DNA from: a virus
IMG/VR virus record: IMGVR_UViG_3300020176_000011
Location: 1 to 64,000 of that record
Length of the DNA stretch: 64,000 nt
Reading direction: 5' to 3' (one strand)
Notes under the pieces: model-generated
Databases searched by the model: none
Told to the model about the DNA's origin: nothing
What the model saw: the letters and a program-made list of their open reading frames with translations, nothing else
Position numbers and translations under genes: made by a program
Shown: positions 40,128 to 50,527 of the stretch, piece after piece
Layout: each line of letters opens with the position of its first letter
How positions within the stretch are numbered: position 1 is the stretch's first letter

Positions 40128-41312
40128 TTAGGCGGCGAAGTTCAGGATGGAGCGGGTGTCCGCGAACGCCAGCTTGTAGCCGGTGTTCTCGGTACGAACG
40201 TAGGTGATCACCTGGTTCTGGATCGACGCCTCGGACTCCGAGATGTTGGAACCGGCCTCGACCAGTTCCTCCAGCGTCTCGCCCTTGCTGATGCCGATCA
40301 GCTTGCCGGTCGGAGCCTGCGAGCTGATGGCGAAGGACACGTTCTGGTCGAAGCCGAACTTGGAGAAGTTGAACTTCGGACCGATGCCGCGCTGCGCCGC
40401 GAAGTCCGCCACGTTCGGGCCGATGGCAGTCACCGGCATGAACAGGAAGAGGAACTCCAGGTAGGCAGCGAAGTTGCCGACCACCGTGTCGACGGGCACG
40501 CCCGCCTGCGCGCGAGAGATCAGCCAGGACAGCATCGGCTTGTACTGCAGCTTGCCGGACTGGCCCGAGTCGTAGCCCGTGAGCGTCGACTGGGCGACCA
40601 CCGGAGCAGCGGCATTCACGCCGTCGCCGTTGATCAGGATGCCGGTGGCAGCCGACATCTTGGACATCTCCAGCTCGCGCGCCACGCGATTGGCGAACGG
40701 GGTCAGGATGTCCAGACGGACCCGACGATTGAACTCGTAGGTCGTCCGGTAGCCCGAACCGTGCTTGAAGATGCCGACCGAGGTCTGCGAGGTGCGCAGC
40801 GACCGGACCGGGATGCGAGCGCCTTCCGCGATGGTGTAGGTACCACGGTCGCCGCTGTCATCCAGCACCACGGTGCTGATCAGCTCGGTGCCGTTGATCG
40901 TGCGGCTGACCGCGACGATGTCGGACACCTTCTCGATGTTCTGCTGGCGGTTGTTCCAGCGGAGCATGTCGTCGATCACCTCGGGGAACATGGCGCGGGT
41001 GCCGGGGAAACGCTGGAACGTCTCGCCAGCGGCCTGCAGGATCACGCCCTCCTCGTAGGCATTCTTGAACGGCAGGTTGAGGTAGGCGAGAGCCGCCTCG
41101 TAGCCGTTCAGGCCGACGAACTTCTGGTCGCCCTCGTTCGGATTGATCGCGAGGGTGAGGTAGTCGCGGACGGACACGCCGAACTCGGCGGCCGTCTTGA
41201 CCAGGCGCTTGCCCGCTTCCTTCGAAGCCCCATCGGACTCCGCGCGCAGCGGATCGAGGATCGTGGCGGCCGATACCCGCTTGATCTCGGTCAGTGAACG
41301 AATATCGGTCAT
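40128..41312 (-). CDS. Major capsid protein
   Basis: 394 aa, strongest codon bias, IAEGARIP/KHG..Y..TYE HK97-like pattern, synteny. Confidence 0.85.
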   Translation of the reverse strand: MTDIRSLTEIKRVSAATILDPLRAESDGASKEAGKRLVKTAAEFGVSVRDYLTLAINPNEGDQKFVGLNGYEAALAYLNLPFKNAYEEGVILQAAGETFQRFPGTRAMFPEVIDDMLRWNNRQQNIEKVSDIVAVSRTINGTELISTVVLDDSGDRGTYTIAEGARIPVRSLRTSQTSVGIFKHGSGYRTTYEFNRRVRLDILTPFANRVARELEMSKMSAATGILINGDGVNAAAPVVAQSTLTGYDSGQSGKLQYKPMLSWLISRAQAGVPVDTVVGNFAAYLEFLFLFMPVTAIGPNVADFAAQRGIGPKFNFSKFGFDQNVSFAISSQAPTGKLIGISKGETLEELVEAGSNISESEASIQNQVITYVRTENTGYKLAFADTRSILNFAA

Positions 41313-41354
41313 AACAATCTCCCTGAGAAAACGCTGTGCGTGTTGAGTTGAGGG

Positions 41355-41768
41355 TTACTGAACCTTGAGGGCGATGGCCTTGGTGCCGACCACCTCCATG
41401 ACTCGCACGACCGGGACACCGGCCACGGGAGCCACGTTCTTGACTTCGCCGCTGCCCGCGCCGACGAGGGTCGAGCCGACCGCGACGACGAAGGTCGACG
41501 TCAGGCCCGCCTTGATCGGCAGTTCATTGGCGAAGTGGAACGCTGCGGTACCGACCACGACACCTTCCTGGACGCGGTTCTCGAACGTTTCGAGGCGCGC
41601 GTGGATGGGGTCGCCGTCACCGGCCAGCTTGAAGGTGTTGGCCGCCGTCGTATCCTGCGTGAGGGCCTTGCCCACATCCGCAGCCGTGACAGAACCGGAG
41701 AGGAGTACCGTGAACTGGTACGCCTCCATGAAGTAGCCCTTGAAAGTGACGCCCTGACCGATCGGCAT
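41355..41768 (-). CDS. Head decoration protein
   Basis: Small beta-rich protein between protease and capsid genes. Confidence 0.6.
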   Translation of the reverse strand: MPIGQGVTFKGYFMEAYQFTVLLSGSVTAADVGKALTQDTTAANTFKLAGDGDPIHARLETFENRVQEGVVVGTAAFHFANELPIKAGLTSTFVVAVGSTLVGAGSGEVKNVAPVAGVPVVRVMEVVGTKAIALKVQ

Positions 41769-41807
41769 GGTAGCCTCCTATTTCGAGTGTTTGACTTGCT
41801 GCAGGAC

Positions 41808-42962
41808 TTACTTCGACGTCTTGAAGGCGTCGAGGCGAGCCTGCGTCTGAGCCTGCGTCTGGCCCTGGTTGGCGACACCGCCCGCCGGGATCAGCTTGTG
41901 GACCGAGTCGGTCGTGGCCTTGAGAGCAGCCACCAGACCCTTGACGTCGGCCGGGATGTCCTTGTCTTCCAGCGGCTTGCCGAGGGCGACGGAGGCCGCC
42001 TTCAGCTGCTCGGTCAGGAACACCTTCGTCTCGTCGACCTCGGCGGTGAGCGCCGTGTTGGCGGCGGTCAGCGTCTCGACCTGCTTGGCCGGACCCGTCT
42101 GGGCCGCTTCCAGTTCCTTGACGCGGGCCTCGGACGCCGTCAGGCGGGCCGTGAGGTCCGTGTTGGTCGCCGTCAGGCTGGTGTTGGCCGCCTTCAGGGT
42201 CGCATTCTCGGAGGCCGAAGCGGTGAGATCGGTGACCAGCTTGTTGAAATCGGGGACAGACATGGCTTCATCCTTCACAGTAGCAAATAGGGTGGTCGCA
42301 TCCGGCACTTTTCCGGTGGCTGCCAACTTCTGATAGTCGTCGGCACCGAGTAGAGCCTTTGTACGACCGACGATCTTGGGCTTATCGGCTGCACCAGCGG
42401 AAACTAGACTAAGCTCCATCCAGCGGTCAAGGCCTTTTAGTTGAACATGCACGCCATCCTTGCCGATGGTGTGGTCGTTCTCACAGACCTGATCGAAGAA
42501 GTTCATCATCGTCGCTTTGTCACTCGCGTAGTCGAAGCCACACGCGGAACAAAGGATGTGCTTGGGACGGACTCCAACGGACACTTCGTCGATCACACCC
42601 GTGTCCAGCTTGGAAATCAGGTCGACCTCGGTGAGCGGCAGATAGAACTGAGCCCGCAGCTCGGGCTGGCCCATCTCGTCGGCAGTGATACCGGCGTAGA
42701 AGGTCTTGCCGACCGGATGTTCCATGCCCTGAAGGTGCATGTTGTGGAGCGGCACGCCGCCCTTGGCCGGAACACCGGCCATCTCGGCGAGCAGGCTCGC
42801 GTCGATCACACCCTTGTGGAAGATCGAACCACGCTTGCTGAGCGGACGAGTATTGGCGGCGATGGTTTCGAACACCGCGATCTTCGTCACATCGATCTCG
42901 GACCCGGCCGCCGCATGAATGCGAGCCTGGATCTCATCGGTCATTTCGAGACGCTTTGCCAT
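41808..42962 (-). CDS. Prohead protease with C-terminal scaffold
   Basis: H..G, EVSVG, CSAC, ELSLVSAGA; C-terminal coiled coil. Confidence 0.8.
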   Translation of the reverse strand: MAKRLEMTDEIQARIHAAAGSEIDVTKIAVFETIAANTRPLSKRGSIFHKGVIDASLLAEMAGVPAKGGVPLHNMHLQGMEHPVGKTFYAGITADEMGQPELRAQFYLPLTEVDLISKLDTGVIDEVSVGVRPKHILCSACGFDYASDKATMMNFFDQVCENDHTIGKDGVHVQLKGLDRWMELSLVSAGAADKPKIVGRTKALLGADDYQKLAATGKVPDATTLFATVKDEAMSVPDFNKLVTDLTASASENATLKAANTSLTATNTDLTARLTASEARVKELEAAQTGPAKQVETLTAANTALTAEVDETKVFLTEQLKAASVALGKPLEDKDIPADVKGLVAALKATTDSVHKLIPAGGVANQGQTQAQTQARLDAFKTSK

Positions 42963-42971
42963 GATGACCTC

Positions 42972-44477
42972 TTACTTGGCTTTGTCGGTGCGTGCAACAT
43001 TTGGTTTCGGAGTGGACTTGCTCTTCGCCGCTTTGCTGCTGGAGTTCGGAGTGACGGCTCGACCCATCGGATCGGCGTTGGGACTTGCATTGCTGGCGGT
43101 CGAGCTGCCCGATCCAGCCGTCATGAAGCCGGTGCCCGACAGTTCGTCGATCCCGTCCGGCTTCGGTCGACCGAACATTTCCAGGTGGAACTCATTGTCC
43201 GTGATCGCACCGATGGACAGGAGTTCGAGCAGACGCTGCTGCTTCATCAGACGCTGGGGTTCGAGTTCGAGTTCCGAGCGCAGCTCGACCTTCTCAAACT
43301 CGACGTCGACGTATCCGTTGAAGCCCTGAAGCCGCATCATCAGCGTGAGGATGTTGCCGTACAACTCGGCGATGGGCTCGTTCAGACTATCTGCATTGAA
43401 GGCGAAGATAGTCGCCTCGACCGAGGCGGTGTTCACGCCACTGTCGCCACGACCGATCAGGGTGGCCATGACCTTCAGGGCCGCTTGGTTCTGACCATTC
43501 AGCACCTCGATCACGCTGTCGATGTTGATCGACATGCCCGGCGCGTCGGCATTCAGCGTCGTGGCCTCGACCGCGTCCGTGCTGACGAAGCTCTCGTCGA
43601 CCCGCAGTCCGGCGATCTTGGCGCGAATTTCGCTGAACCGGTCGTTGACGTAGGTCTTCAGCTTGGCGTTGTCGATCTTCACATCGGGCGGGGCCGACTT
43701 GATGATGACCTCTTCCAGCACCTTAATATGCAGGCGCGGATAGCCCGAAACCTGCATGATCCGGTAGAGATCATTCACGATCTGCGTGCGCGCGGCGACC
43801 GTGTTGATCACCGATACGAACGGCGAGTAGGTGTAGATGTTGGTCGGGTCCTTGCGGAACCACGTCATGAAGAAGGTCGGGATGTCCAGGCTGATGCTCT
43901 GCTGACTGCCCGGCACGGCCTGTGCAGGCTTGTACTGGCCCGGCGTACTCTCGACCCACTCCAGCGACTTCGGATCCACCAGACGGATCTCGGTCGGCAG
44001 CAGGTTCTTGTTGACCACCAGTTCCGCGCCGCACCCGCCGCGCATCAGGATCATGTAGCGAATCTGCTCGCTCAGACCGTACAGGCTCTGGTTGATCTGG
44101 AAGCCCAAGGTGTAGTCATTGCGGCCAGTCATGAACTGCAGGAGCTGCATCAGCTGGGTCTGGCCCTTGGAGTCGAGCTGACCCTTCTGGTCATAGACCA
44201 GCATCTTGAGCTTCTGGTTCGCGACCGTGAGGTAGGAGTTCACGGCGGCCGAGACGTCCGGATCGAACTTGATCAGCTTCTGCAGCAAGTCTTGGCTGCT
44301 GGCAGTTGACCGCTCGGTCAGGAGGTCTTCAATATGGTCCCGGTAGGCGGGCGCGGAGAGGACTTGACCGGCGTTCGAGGGGTTGAACGTTCCGGTAGCC
44401 GACACGCCAGTAGGATTGCCCTTACCCTTCGGTAGGACAAAGCCTAGGACGTCGGTGAGTTTGGAAAGGGCGGCCAT
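42972..44477 (-). CDS. Portal protein
   Basis: 501 aa between terminase and protease; GYPR motif. Confidence 0.8.
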   Translation of the reverse strand: MAALSKLTDVLGFVLPKGKGNPTGVSATGTFNPSNAGQVLSAPAYRDHIEDLLTERSTASSQDLLQKLIKFDPDVSAAVNSYLTVANQKLKMLVYDQKGQLDSKGQTQLMQLLQFMTGRNDYTLGFQINQSLYGLSEQIRYMILMRGGCGAELVVNKNLLPTEIRLVDPKSLEWVESTPGQYKPAQAVPGSQQSISLDIPTFFMTWFRKDPTNIYTYSPFVSVINTVAARTQIVNDLYRIMQVSGYPRLHIKVLEEVIIKSAPPDVKIDNAKLKTYVNDRFSEIRAKIAGLRVDESFVSTDAVEATTLNADAPGMSINIDSVIEVLNGQNQAALKVMATLIGRGDSGVNTASVEATIFAFNADSLNEPIAELYGNILTLMMRLQGFNGYVDVEFEKVELRSELELEPQRLMKQQRLLELLSIGAITDNEFHLEMFGRPKPDGIDELSGTGFMTAGSGSSTASNASPNADPMGRAVTPNSSSKAAKSKSTPKPNVARTDKAK

Positions 44478-45010
44478 CTATCATCCCGAATGTCTGAGTC
44501 GTTGTAACCGTTTTGCACGAGCTTCGGCAACGGCTTTGTTTCCGGGCACTTGTTGCTCTTCTCCAAATTGGCCCTGCGAGGAAGGATTTGTAGATTAGCC
44601 GTTACGTGAAGTCCACAACTCTTCTTTCCTTTCAACGGGTAAACATGGTCAACCTGATGTTTGACCTTTGTGTTCTTCGAAATGATTCGAGCCAGCCAGT
44701 AGAAGGCGAGAATGCCCTCGCGCTCTTGCCAGCCGTCTACGCCTCTCCTCGCGCGCATCGCCGCTCGGCGTTCGGCCGCCCAGATTACGGCGTCAGGGTT
44801 CTTCGCCAGCCAGCGTTGACCTCTCGCGCGATGTTTTGCGACGTGCAACTTATCGTAGGCTGTTCTGTTGTTTGAAAGACACACGACACAAGTGCTGTTT
44901 GAAACCATGCGGGCAGCAACATGTCCCCTAACGCAGGGTTTGCCGGTGTAGTATGTCTTCAATCCTTGAGCTAAGGCTTCCTTCTTGGATACCTTAGCCG
45001 AGTGGTCCAT
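44444..45010 (-). mobile_element. Free-standing HNH homing endonuclease
   Basis: YYTGKPCVRGH..R..CVVC, HQVDHVYPL..CGLHVTANLQIL..NLEKSN; AT-richer codons; overlaps both neighbours. Confidence 0.8.
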
Positions 45011-46730
45011 TTGATGCGTTCTTCTTCGGCTTGTTGAACTGAATCATTTGGTGTTGAGCCATTTCAGCAGATCCAAACAGAATGTTCGAGCGCAGGTCTT
45101 GATCTTCGGCGAGGTCGACGATCTCCCGCACACGCGGTGCAATCAGCACATACGCGATAGCATGGAAGAAGTGATCCGATCCAGAGAGCTTCTTCCAGAC
45201 CGCCGCCTTCTCGGGCTCTTCCTCACGCACCATGTCGCGCAGATGCTCGATCAGGGTGTAGTCGTAGGTCGTGTAGCCGCTGATTGTCAGCTCCTGGCGC
45301 TTGATGCTGCCGAAGACGCGGTCGAGCGCCATGGTGCGGTCGATCTGGCAGTGGTCGGCATGGGTCTTCTCGGGCACCTTGACGACGCTGATTTCCTTCG
45401 TGCCAGTGTACTGGACCGGCATGATCCGACCCTTCGTGACGTCCCGCATCTCGTCGGCGGTCGGCGTATAGGGCAGTCGGTCGATGCAGCCGCCGACGAT
45501 GTTGAACTCGGACATGAACCGCTCAACCGTCTCGCGCAGTCGGACGTAGGGCACGACGGCGCAGTGGAAGATCTGCAGGTTCGAGTAGCTGGAGCCGGTG
45601 GCCAGTACGATGTGGCAGGCGATGCCGACGTCGATTCCGATCCAGACCTGAGACGACTTCGTCACGTTCGGCTGGCCCGGTGACTTGAGGACACGCTTGA
45701 TCTGCTCGACCGTCAGGCGCTCGTCCGCTCCCGTGAAGGCCTGTCCCAGCACGGTGTTGTGGAAGCGACGGATGGCCTCACGGCGTCGGTAGTTCAGCAG
45801 CTGCGTGACGATGTAGCTCGGTGGCAGCCGGTTGGTGGAGAAGGGCGTGATCCGGTAGCCGCGTGCGTGAGCCCGGCTCGGGAACTTGGACACCCACTGT
45901 CGATTGTCCTCGCGACCGAGGTCGAGCGGGTTCTCGCATCGCTCGCACATCACGAAGGCGTTCACGATGTCGAGGCTCTGAGCGATCTTGTCGTCGATCT
46001 CGGTGAGGTCTTCGATATGGTCGGGCAGACCCGGCAGGTTGATCCACTTCCGCTCGAACATCGGCGACTGCCAGTGGCCGCAGGAGTCGCATTTGACCAG
46101 GAACTCGTGCTGGTCGGACTGCTCGTAGGACAGATCGATGCCATAGCTGTGGAAGGTCGGAGTCGAGAAACGCTGGTTGATCTTATAGGACGAGTTCTGC
46201 AGGCGCGAGTTGAACAGCGCCAGCATCTCCTGGTCGGTGAGGTCGACCTCGTCGTTCATGACCATGTCGGCTGAGATCGAGGTGGCGTCACCTTCCGACG
46301 CGCCGGTCAGGTAGAGCCAGCTGTCGCGCAGCTGCACGATGTCTCGGCTGCGGACCATCTTCTCACCCTTGCGAGGGAAGAAGACCTGGTCCTTCTGGAT
46401 GATCGGCTGCACGCGGCCCTGCGAGACGCGCTTGAACATGTCGTCGTCCGGCATGGTGTAGATCGCCGTCATGCCATTATTTCGCATGAGCCATGCCAGA
46501 ATCTTCCGGATTTGGATCTCGGTCATGCCCACCTGGGACGGTTTGATCACGTCCATGTTCGGGTGCATGTCGTCGGCGATAGCGCGCTGGAACGGGTAGC
46601 GAGCGAAGGAGAATGGGCGGCCATTGAGCTTGGTGTTGGCGACGATCCAATCGCTCACGCTCATCTCTGCCTTGTCATGGGCATATCGATTCTGCAGCAG
46701 AGCCAGGAATTCCGCACTGTACTTGTTCAC
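44994..46730 (-). CDS. Terminase large subunit (lambda gpA-like)
   Basis: YPFQ, KPSQVGMTE Walker A-like, NDEVD Walker B, FSTPT, Zn-finger CDSC/CERC, IGIDVG, DHFFHA. Confidence 0.88.
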   Translation of the reverse strand: MNKYSAEFLALLQNRYAHDKAEMSVSDWIVANTKLNGRPFSFARYPFQRAIADDMHPNMDVIKPSQVGMTEIQIRKILAWLMRNNGMTAIYTMPDDDMFKRVSQGRVQPIIQKDQVFFPRKGEKMVRSRDIVQLRDSWLYLTGASEGDATSISADMVMNDEVDLTDQEMLALFNSRLQNSSYKINQRFSTPTFHSYGIDLSYEQSDQHEFLVKCDSCGHWQSPMFERKWINLPGLPDHIEDLTEIDDKIAQSLDIVNAFVMCERCENPLDLGREDNRQWVSKFPSRAHARGYRITPFSTNRLPPSYIVTQLLNYRRREAIRRFHNTVLGQAFTGADERLTVEQIKRVLKSPGQPNVTKSSQVWIGIDVGIACHIVLATGSSYSNLQIFHCAVVPYVRLRETVERFMSEFNIVGGCIDRLPYTPTADEMRDVTKGRIMPVQYTGTKEISVVKVPEKTHADHCQIDRTMALDRVFGSIKRQELTISGYTTYDYTLIEHLRDMVREEEPEKAAVWKKLSGSDHFFHAIAYVLIAPRVREIVDLAEDQDLRSNILFGSAEMAQHQMIQFNKPKKNASNGPLG

Positions 46731-46748
46731 GCTGTACCCCTTGGCATT

Positions 46749-46780
46749 GGGCGGCGAACTGCCGGACCAGTTCGCCGCCC
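46749..46780. repeat. 13-bp perfect inverted repeat in the terL leader
   Basis: GGGCGGCGAACTG-ccggac-CAGTTCGCCGCCC. Confidence 0.85.
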
Positions 46781-46929
46781 TGCCGCCCCTGCCTCACACC
46801 CACGGCGCTTTCTACGGCGCGACTGCGATAAAAGCAAGCGACCAAGCGCCTTTCAATTTTTCACTTTGTCCTTGCAATAGTTTTCTACAGTGTATAAAAG
46901 TTCGCTCCCAACGCAATTCGAGGCACCCG

Positions 46930-47495
46930 TGGATTACCATTTTCCCAGTATTCCCAATGACATAGCAGGCCAATTCGGCCTCATGTTGATGATCGCCAAG
47001 GACAAGCCGGACTACTTCGACGCGCCGAACTGTCCGTATCCCGACGCTCTCAAGACGCTCCTCAAGGAGCTGACGGCCCCGAAGCCGGTCGCGCCCCCGG
47101 CCATCGTGAGCGTCGATCCGGTCCTTCCCGAGGACAAGTGGGTCACTCTGGAGCGGGAAGCGAAGAAGGTCTTCGACGATCTGAAGGCCTCCTACCCCGA
47201 CATTCAGGTCCAGGACGTCGCCGAACGCATGTCGTTCTTCCGCACTGCGACGTCCTTGCTGGAGAAGCTGGTCGGCCTCCAGGAACGTGCGGTCGGTTTG
47301 AAGCAGATGTCGGAGTTCCAGAACACCATCATCCAGTTCTTGGACGAGATCTGCGACAACAATCAGAAGACCATTCTCATGGAACGAATCAAGGCCCTAC
47401 AGTTGAGCGAAGGAGCGAACCGTGTCATCCAAGAAGACAAACCTGTGGTCAAAGCTAAGTCGGCATCTCAAGATCGTGGTGGCGAACCCGACTGA
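46930..47495 (+). CDS. Hypothetical helical protein, terminase small subunit candidate
   Basis: SD GAGG plus GTG at 46930; divergent from terL; helical oligomerisation-like C-half. Confidence 0.45.
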
Positions 47496-47976
47496 CTTTG
47501 AGCCCAGTCAGTTCTTCGCACTCGGACTGCTCGAATTCTCCGAGTGGCCGCAGGAGCTTCTGGTCGCCCACTGGTTCTGGGACGGCAGCGGCAGCGAGGA
47601 ACACCCGACCGTCCGCGTCGGCAAGGAGATCCACACGGTCCGCCGGGTTCTCTACTGCCTGACGGCCAACGATCCCGAGCCTCGGAAGGGCGTCTACTTC
47701 AAGGTCCACTGCAACGCAGTCGGCTGCGTGAACCCCAGCCACTTCCATCCGGAAGCAAAGAAGGGTTTCACACTCAATCCGGACACTCCCGTCTACAAGG
47801 AAGCCGTGGTTGAGCCGAACGATCTGGAGGATTTGGCTCAGGAGTTGATGGGTATCGTCGCAATGCGAGAGCCCGAGAGCTTCAAAGAGCTGATGAGTCG
47901 AGATTTCGTCAAGGAATTCACCGAAGATCAGGTTCGAGCAGCTCTCAAGTTCGCCGAACTCCCCGTACCCGCCTAG
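47422..47976 (+). CDS. His-Me finger (HNH-like) protein, start uncertain
   Basis: HWFWDG...TVRRVLY...HCNAVGCVNPSH. Confidence 0.55.
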   Translation: MSSKKTNLWSKLSRHLKIVVANPTDFEPSQFFALGLLEFSEWPQELLVAHWFWDGSGSEEHPTVRVGKEIHTVRRVLYCLTANDPEPRKGVYFKVHCNAVGCVNPSHFHPEAKKGFTLNPDTPVYKEAVVEPNDLEDLAQELMGIVAMREPESFKELMSRDFVKEFTEDQVRAALKFAELPVPA

Positions 47977-47986
47977 GACAATCATC

Positions 47987-50527
47987 ATGAGTATCATGGA
48001 CCAATTCATGTCTGGTAAGGCCGAAATCCTGCCGGAACACGACAAAGAAACGGGCGAAATCGTCGAAAAAGTCGTCGAAAACACCGAAAATCCGCTCGAA
48101 TTGAGCAAAATTCAGCATATTTTCGCTGAAACAGCGCCGTTTTACTTCGCTGCTGGCCTTCCGGTGATCCCGCTTGCACAGAGCAGCAAGCGCGCCATCC
48201 TGGACAACTGGGCCGCTTACCACGACCACATGCCGGACGAGGAGACGCGGGCGACGTGGCTCAAGAACTATGCCGATGGCAACATCGGACTGGTTCTAGG
48301 CTCGGCTTCCGGCGTTTCGATGATCGACATCGACACCGAGGACACGGAACTGGCCCAGGCCCTCATCGCCGTGCTGCCCGAGAGCCCGTGGTGCAAGATC
48401 GGCAAGAAGGGTGTCACCCTGGCGTACCGCTACAACGGCACGCGCTCGTTCCGCATCCGTGGCAAGGTCGGCGGAATGATCATCGAGCATCTGTCGTCGA
48501 AGACGCAGACCGTGATGCCGCCGTCGATCCATCCCGACACGATGCGTCCCTACGTGTCGAACTGCAATCTCTGGGAAGTGAAGTCGCAGCTTCCCTCGTT
48601 GCCGCTCGACATTGAGGAACAGCTTCGCACCATGCTGACGAAGCGTGGCATCGAGCTGTCGGCCCACGGCTACACCAAGCTGTCCGACAAGGTGTCGGTT
48701 GGCTCGCGGGACATCTCGATCACGCAGCGCGCGGGCATGTATGCCACGTTCGTCATGCGTGGTGAGAAGTCCCTGATCGACGCCGCCAATGAGCTACGCA
48801 CGAACATCTCGATGATGGTCGAGGATGTGGCTGGTGACCCGGTGGATCCCGAGAAGCACGTCCGCAACATGATCATGTTCATGAAGCGCGACGTGTTGGA
48901 GAAGAAGAAGCGCCTGCCGAAGGGTTGGGATACTGGCCTAACCGACGAGCAGAAGACCGAACTGGGTCTGGACTTCGGCCAGAACGAGGTCGAGTGGTCG
49001 GCGACTGAGATGATCGCCTACCTGAAGAACGAGTTCGAGACGAACCCGATTGAGGGCGAGGGCCGTATGCAGGCCATCGACCGTATCCTCGATCAGATGA
49101 AGAACACGAAGTCGCTCAACGACATCGACCAGGATCGGGTGTTGACCTACATCACCAACACCTCGAACATGAACATCAAGATCGGCACCCTGCGGAAGTC
49201 TCTGCGGGAGCGTCGGCAGGGCGAGATCACCGGTACGACTCACGGTCAGATCGCCGAGTGCTTGATCGAGGACTACAACAAGATCAGTCCCCTCCGCTAC
49301 TGGAACGACAAATTCTGGCGTTGGGGTGGATCGCACTGGGAGCGCGTGGAGAAGAACGAGATCCTCTCCAAGATCGTGAAGGACTACGGCGAGCTTCCCG
49401 CTGCGAAGCGGTGGTCCGACCACAACGGCATCTACGGCACGATGTCGGCTCTGTCTTCGGGCCAGCTGGCCGAGACTCGAGAGTTTGGCGTCAACTTCGC
49501 CAACGGGTTCCTGCTGCGGAACATGAAGCTAGTCGAACATTCACCCAGCCACGGCATGCTCTACACGCTGCCCTACCGCTATATGCCCGAGGACAGCCAT
49601 CGCTGCACCAAGTGGCTCGCGTTCCTGGAGAAGATCTGGGGAGAAGACGAGGACTATCTGGAGAAGGTGGAGTGTCTGCGCGACGTGATGTGCATCACGA
49701 TGTTCGGCCTCGGGACGTCGATGCAACGCGCCGTGTTGCTCTACGGCATCCCACACTCAGGCAAGTCGCAGATCATGGGCGTGATGGAGGGACTGATGGA
49801 CCCGTCCACCGTGTCGATGGTGTCTCCGAAGATGTGGGGCGACAAGTTCTCTCCCATCGGCATGCTGGACAAGCTCCTGAACGTGTGCGGTGAGTTGGGT
49901 ACGTCGCAGAAGATTGACGGTCCCAGCTTCAAGACCATCATCGCCGGTGAGCCGCTGGAAGTTCAGTACAAGGGCAAGCAGAACTTCGGTGCCCGCTTCA
50001 TCGCCACCCACTGGTTCGCCTCCAATCATGTGCCTCGGTCGGACGACGACACGGGTGGCTTCGTCCGTCGCTGGATCACGCTCACTTTCAACAAGAAGAT
50101 CACGGCGACCGAGAAGATCGACCGGTACTCGGAGATGTTGCTGGCCGAGGAGCGCGAAGCGATCTGCGCGTGGGTGATGGAGTCCGCGCACAAGTTCCAG
50201 AAGACGACGAACCCGACGTTCCCGAAGTCGCATCAGGCGTTCGTCCACGAGATGTTCAACATGCACAACTCGGTTCGGATGTTCTTCATGGATTCAGGCC
50301 TGGCTGTGGGCAAGTCTGAAGGCGAGATCGACGAACATTCCCTGCATCAGCGGTATTGGTCCTATTGCGTGCAGACGGGCCTGGCCCGGCCGGTGTCACA
50401 GTCGTTCTTCCGCAAGAAGGCTCGGGAGTTCGAGATGGACATCGGGTTCAAGATCGTGATGCGACCGAACAAGGACACCGGCACGGAGGAAGCCTTCTAC
50501 TCGGGCCTGTCGATGCGTCGGAAGTAA
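47987..50527 (+). CDS. Bifunctional primase-polymerase / D5-like SF3 helicase
   Basis: VIPL, NIGLVLG, IDID, TVMPPSIHPDT; VNFANG; Walker A GIPHSGKS; FKTIIAGE, ASNHVP, RRW. Confidence 0.9.
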   Translation: MSIMDQFMSGKAEILPEHDKETGEIVEKVVENTENPLELSKIQHIFAETAPFYFAAGLPVIPLAQSSKRAILDNWAAYHDHMPDEETRATWLKNYADGNIGLVLGSASGVSMIDIDTEDTELAQALIAVLPESPWCKIGKKGVTLAYRYNGTRSFRIRGKVGGMIIEHLSSKTQTVMPPSIHPDTMRPYVSNCNLWEVKSQLPSLPLDIEEQLRTMLTKRGIELSAHGYTKLSDKVSVGSRDISITQRAGMYATFVMRGEKSLIDAANELRTNISMMVEDVAGDPVDPEKHVRNMIMFMKRDVLEKKKRLPKGWDTGLTDEQKTELGLDFGQNEVEWSATEMIAYLKNEFETNPIEGEGRMQAIDRILDQMKNTKSLNDIDQDRVLTYITNTSNMNIKIGTLRKSLRERRQGEITGTTHGQIAECLIEDYNKISPLRYWNDKFWRWGGSHWERVEKNEILSKIVKDYGELPAAKRWSDHNGIYGTMSALSSGQLAETREFGVNFANGFLLRNMKLVEHSPSHGMLYTLPYRYMPEDSHRCTKWLAFLEKIWGEDEDYLEKVECLRDVMCITMFGLGTSMQRAVLLYGIPHSGKSQIMGVMEGLMDPSTVSMVSPKMWGDKFSPIGMLDKLLNVCGELGTSQKIDGPSFKTIIAGEPLEVQYKGKQNFGARFIATHWFASNHVPRSDDDTGGFVRRWITLTFNKKITATEKIDRYSEMLLAEEREAICAWVMESAHKFQKTTNPTFPKSHQAFVHEMFNMHNSVRMFFMDSGLAVGKSEGEIDEHSLHQRYWSYCVQTGLARPVSQSFFRKKAREFEMDIGFKIVMRPNKDTGTEEAFYSGLSMRRK

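Noticed and set aside
18681-44309. Long antisense ORFs (e.g. 18681-20735, 25321-27567, 33444-35540, 42441-44309)
   Set aside because: Shadow ORFs opposite well-supported genes, expected from high GC3 codon bias; no motifs or SD.
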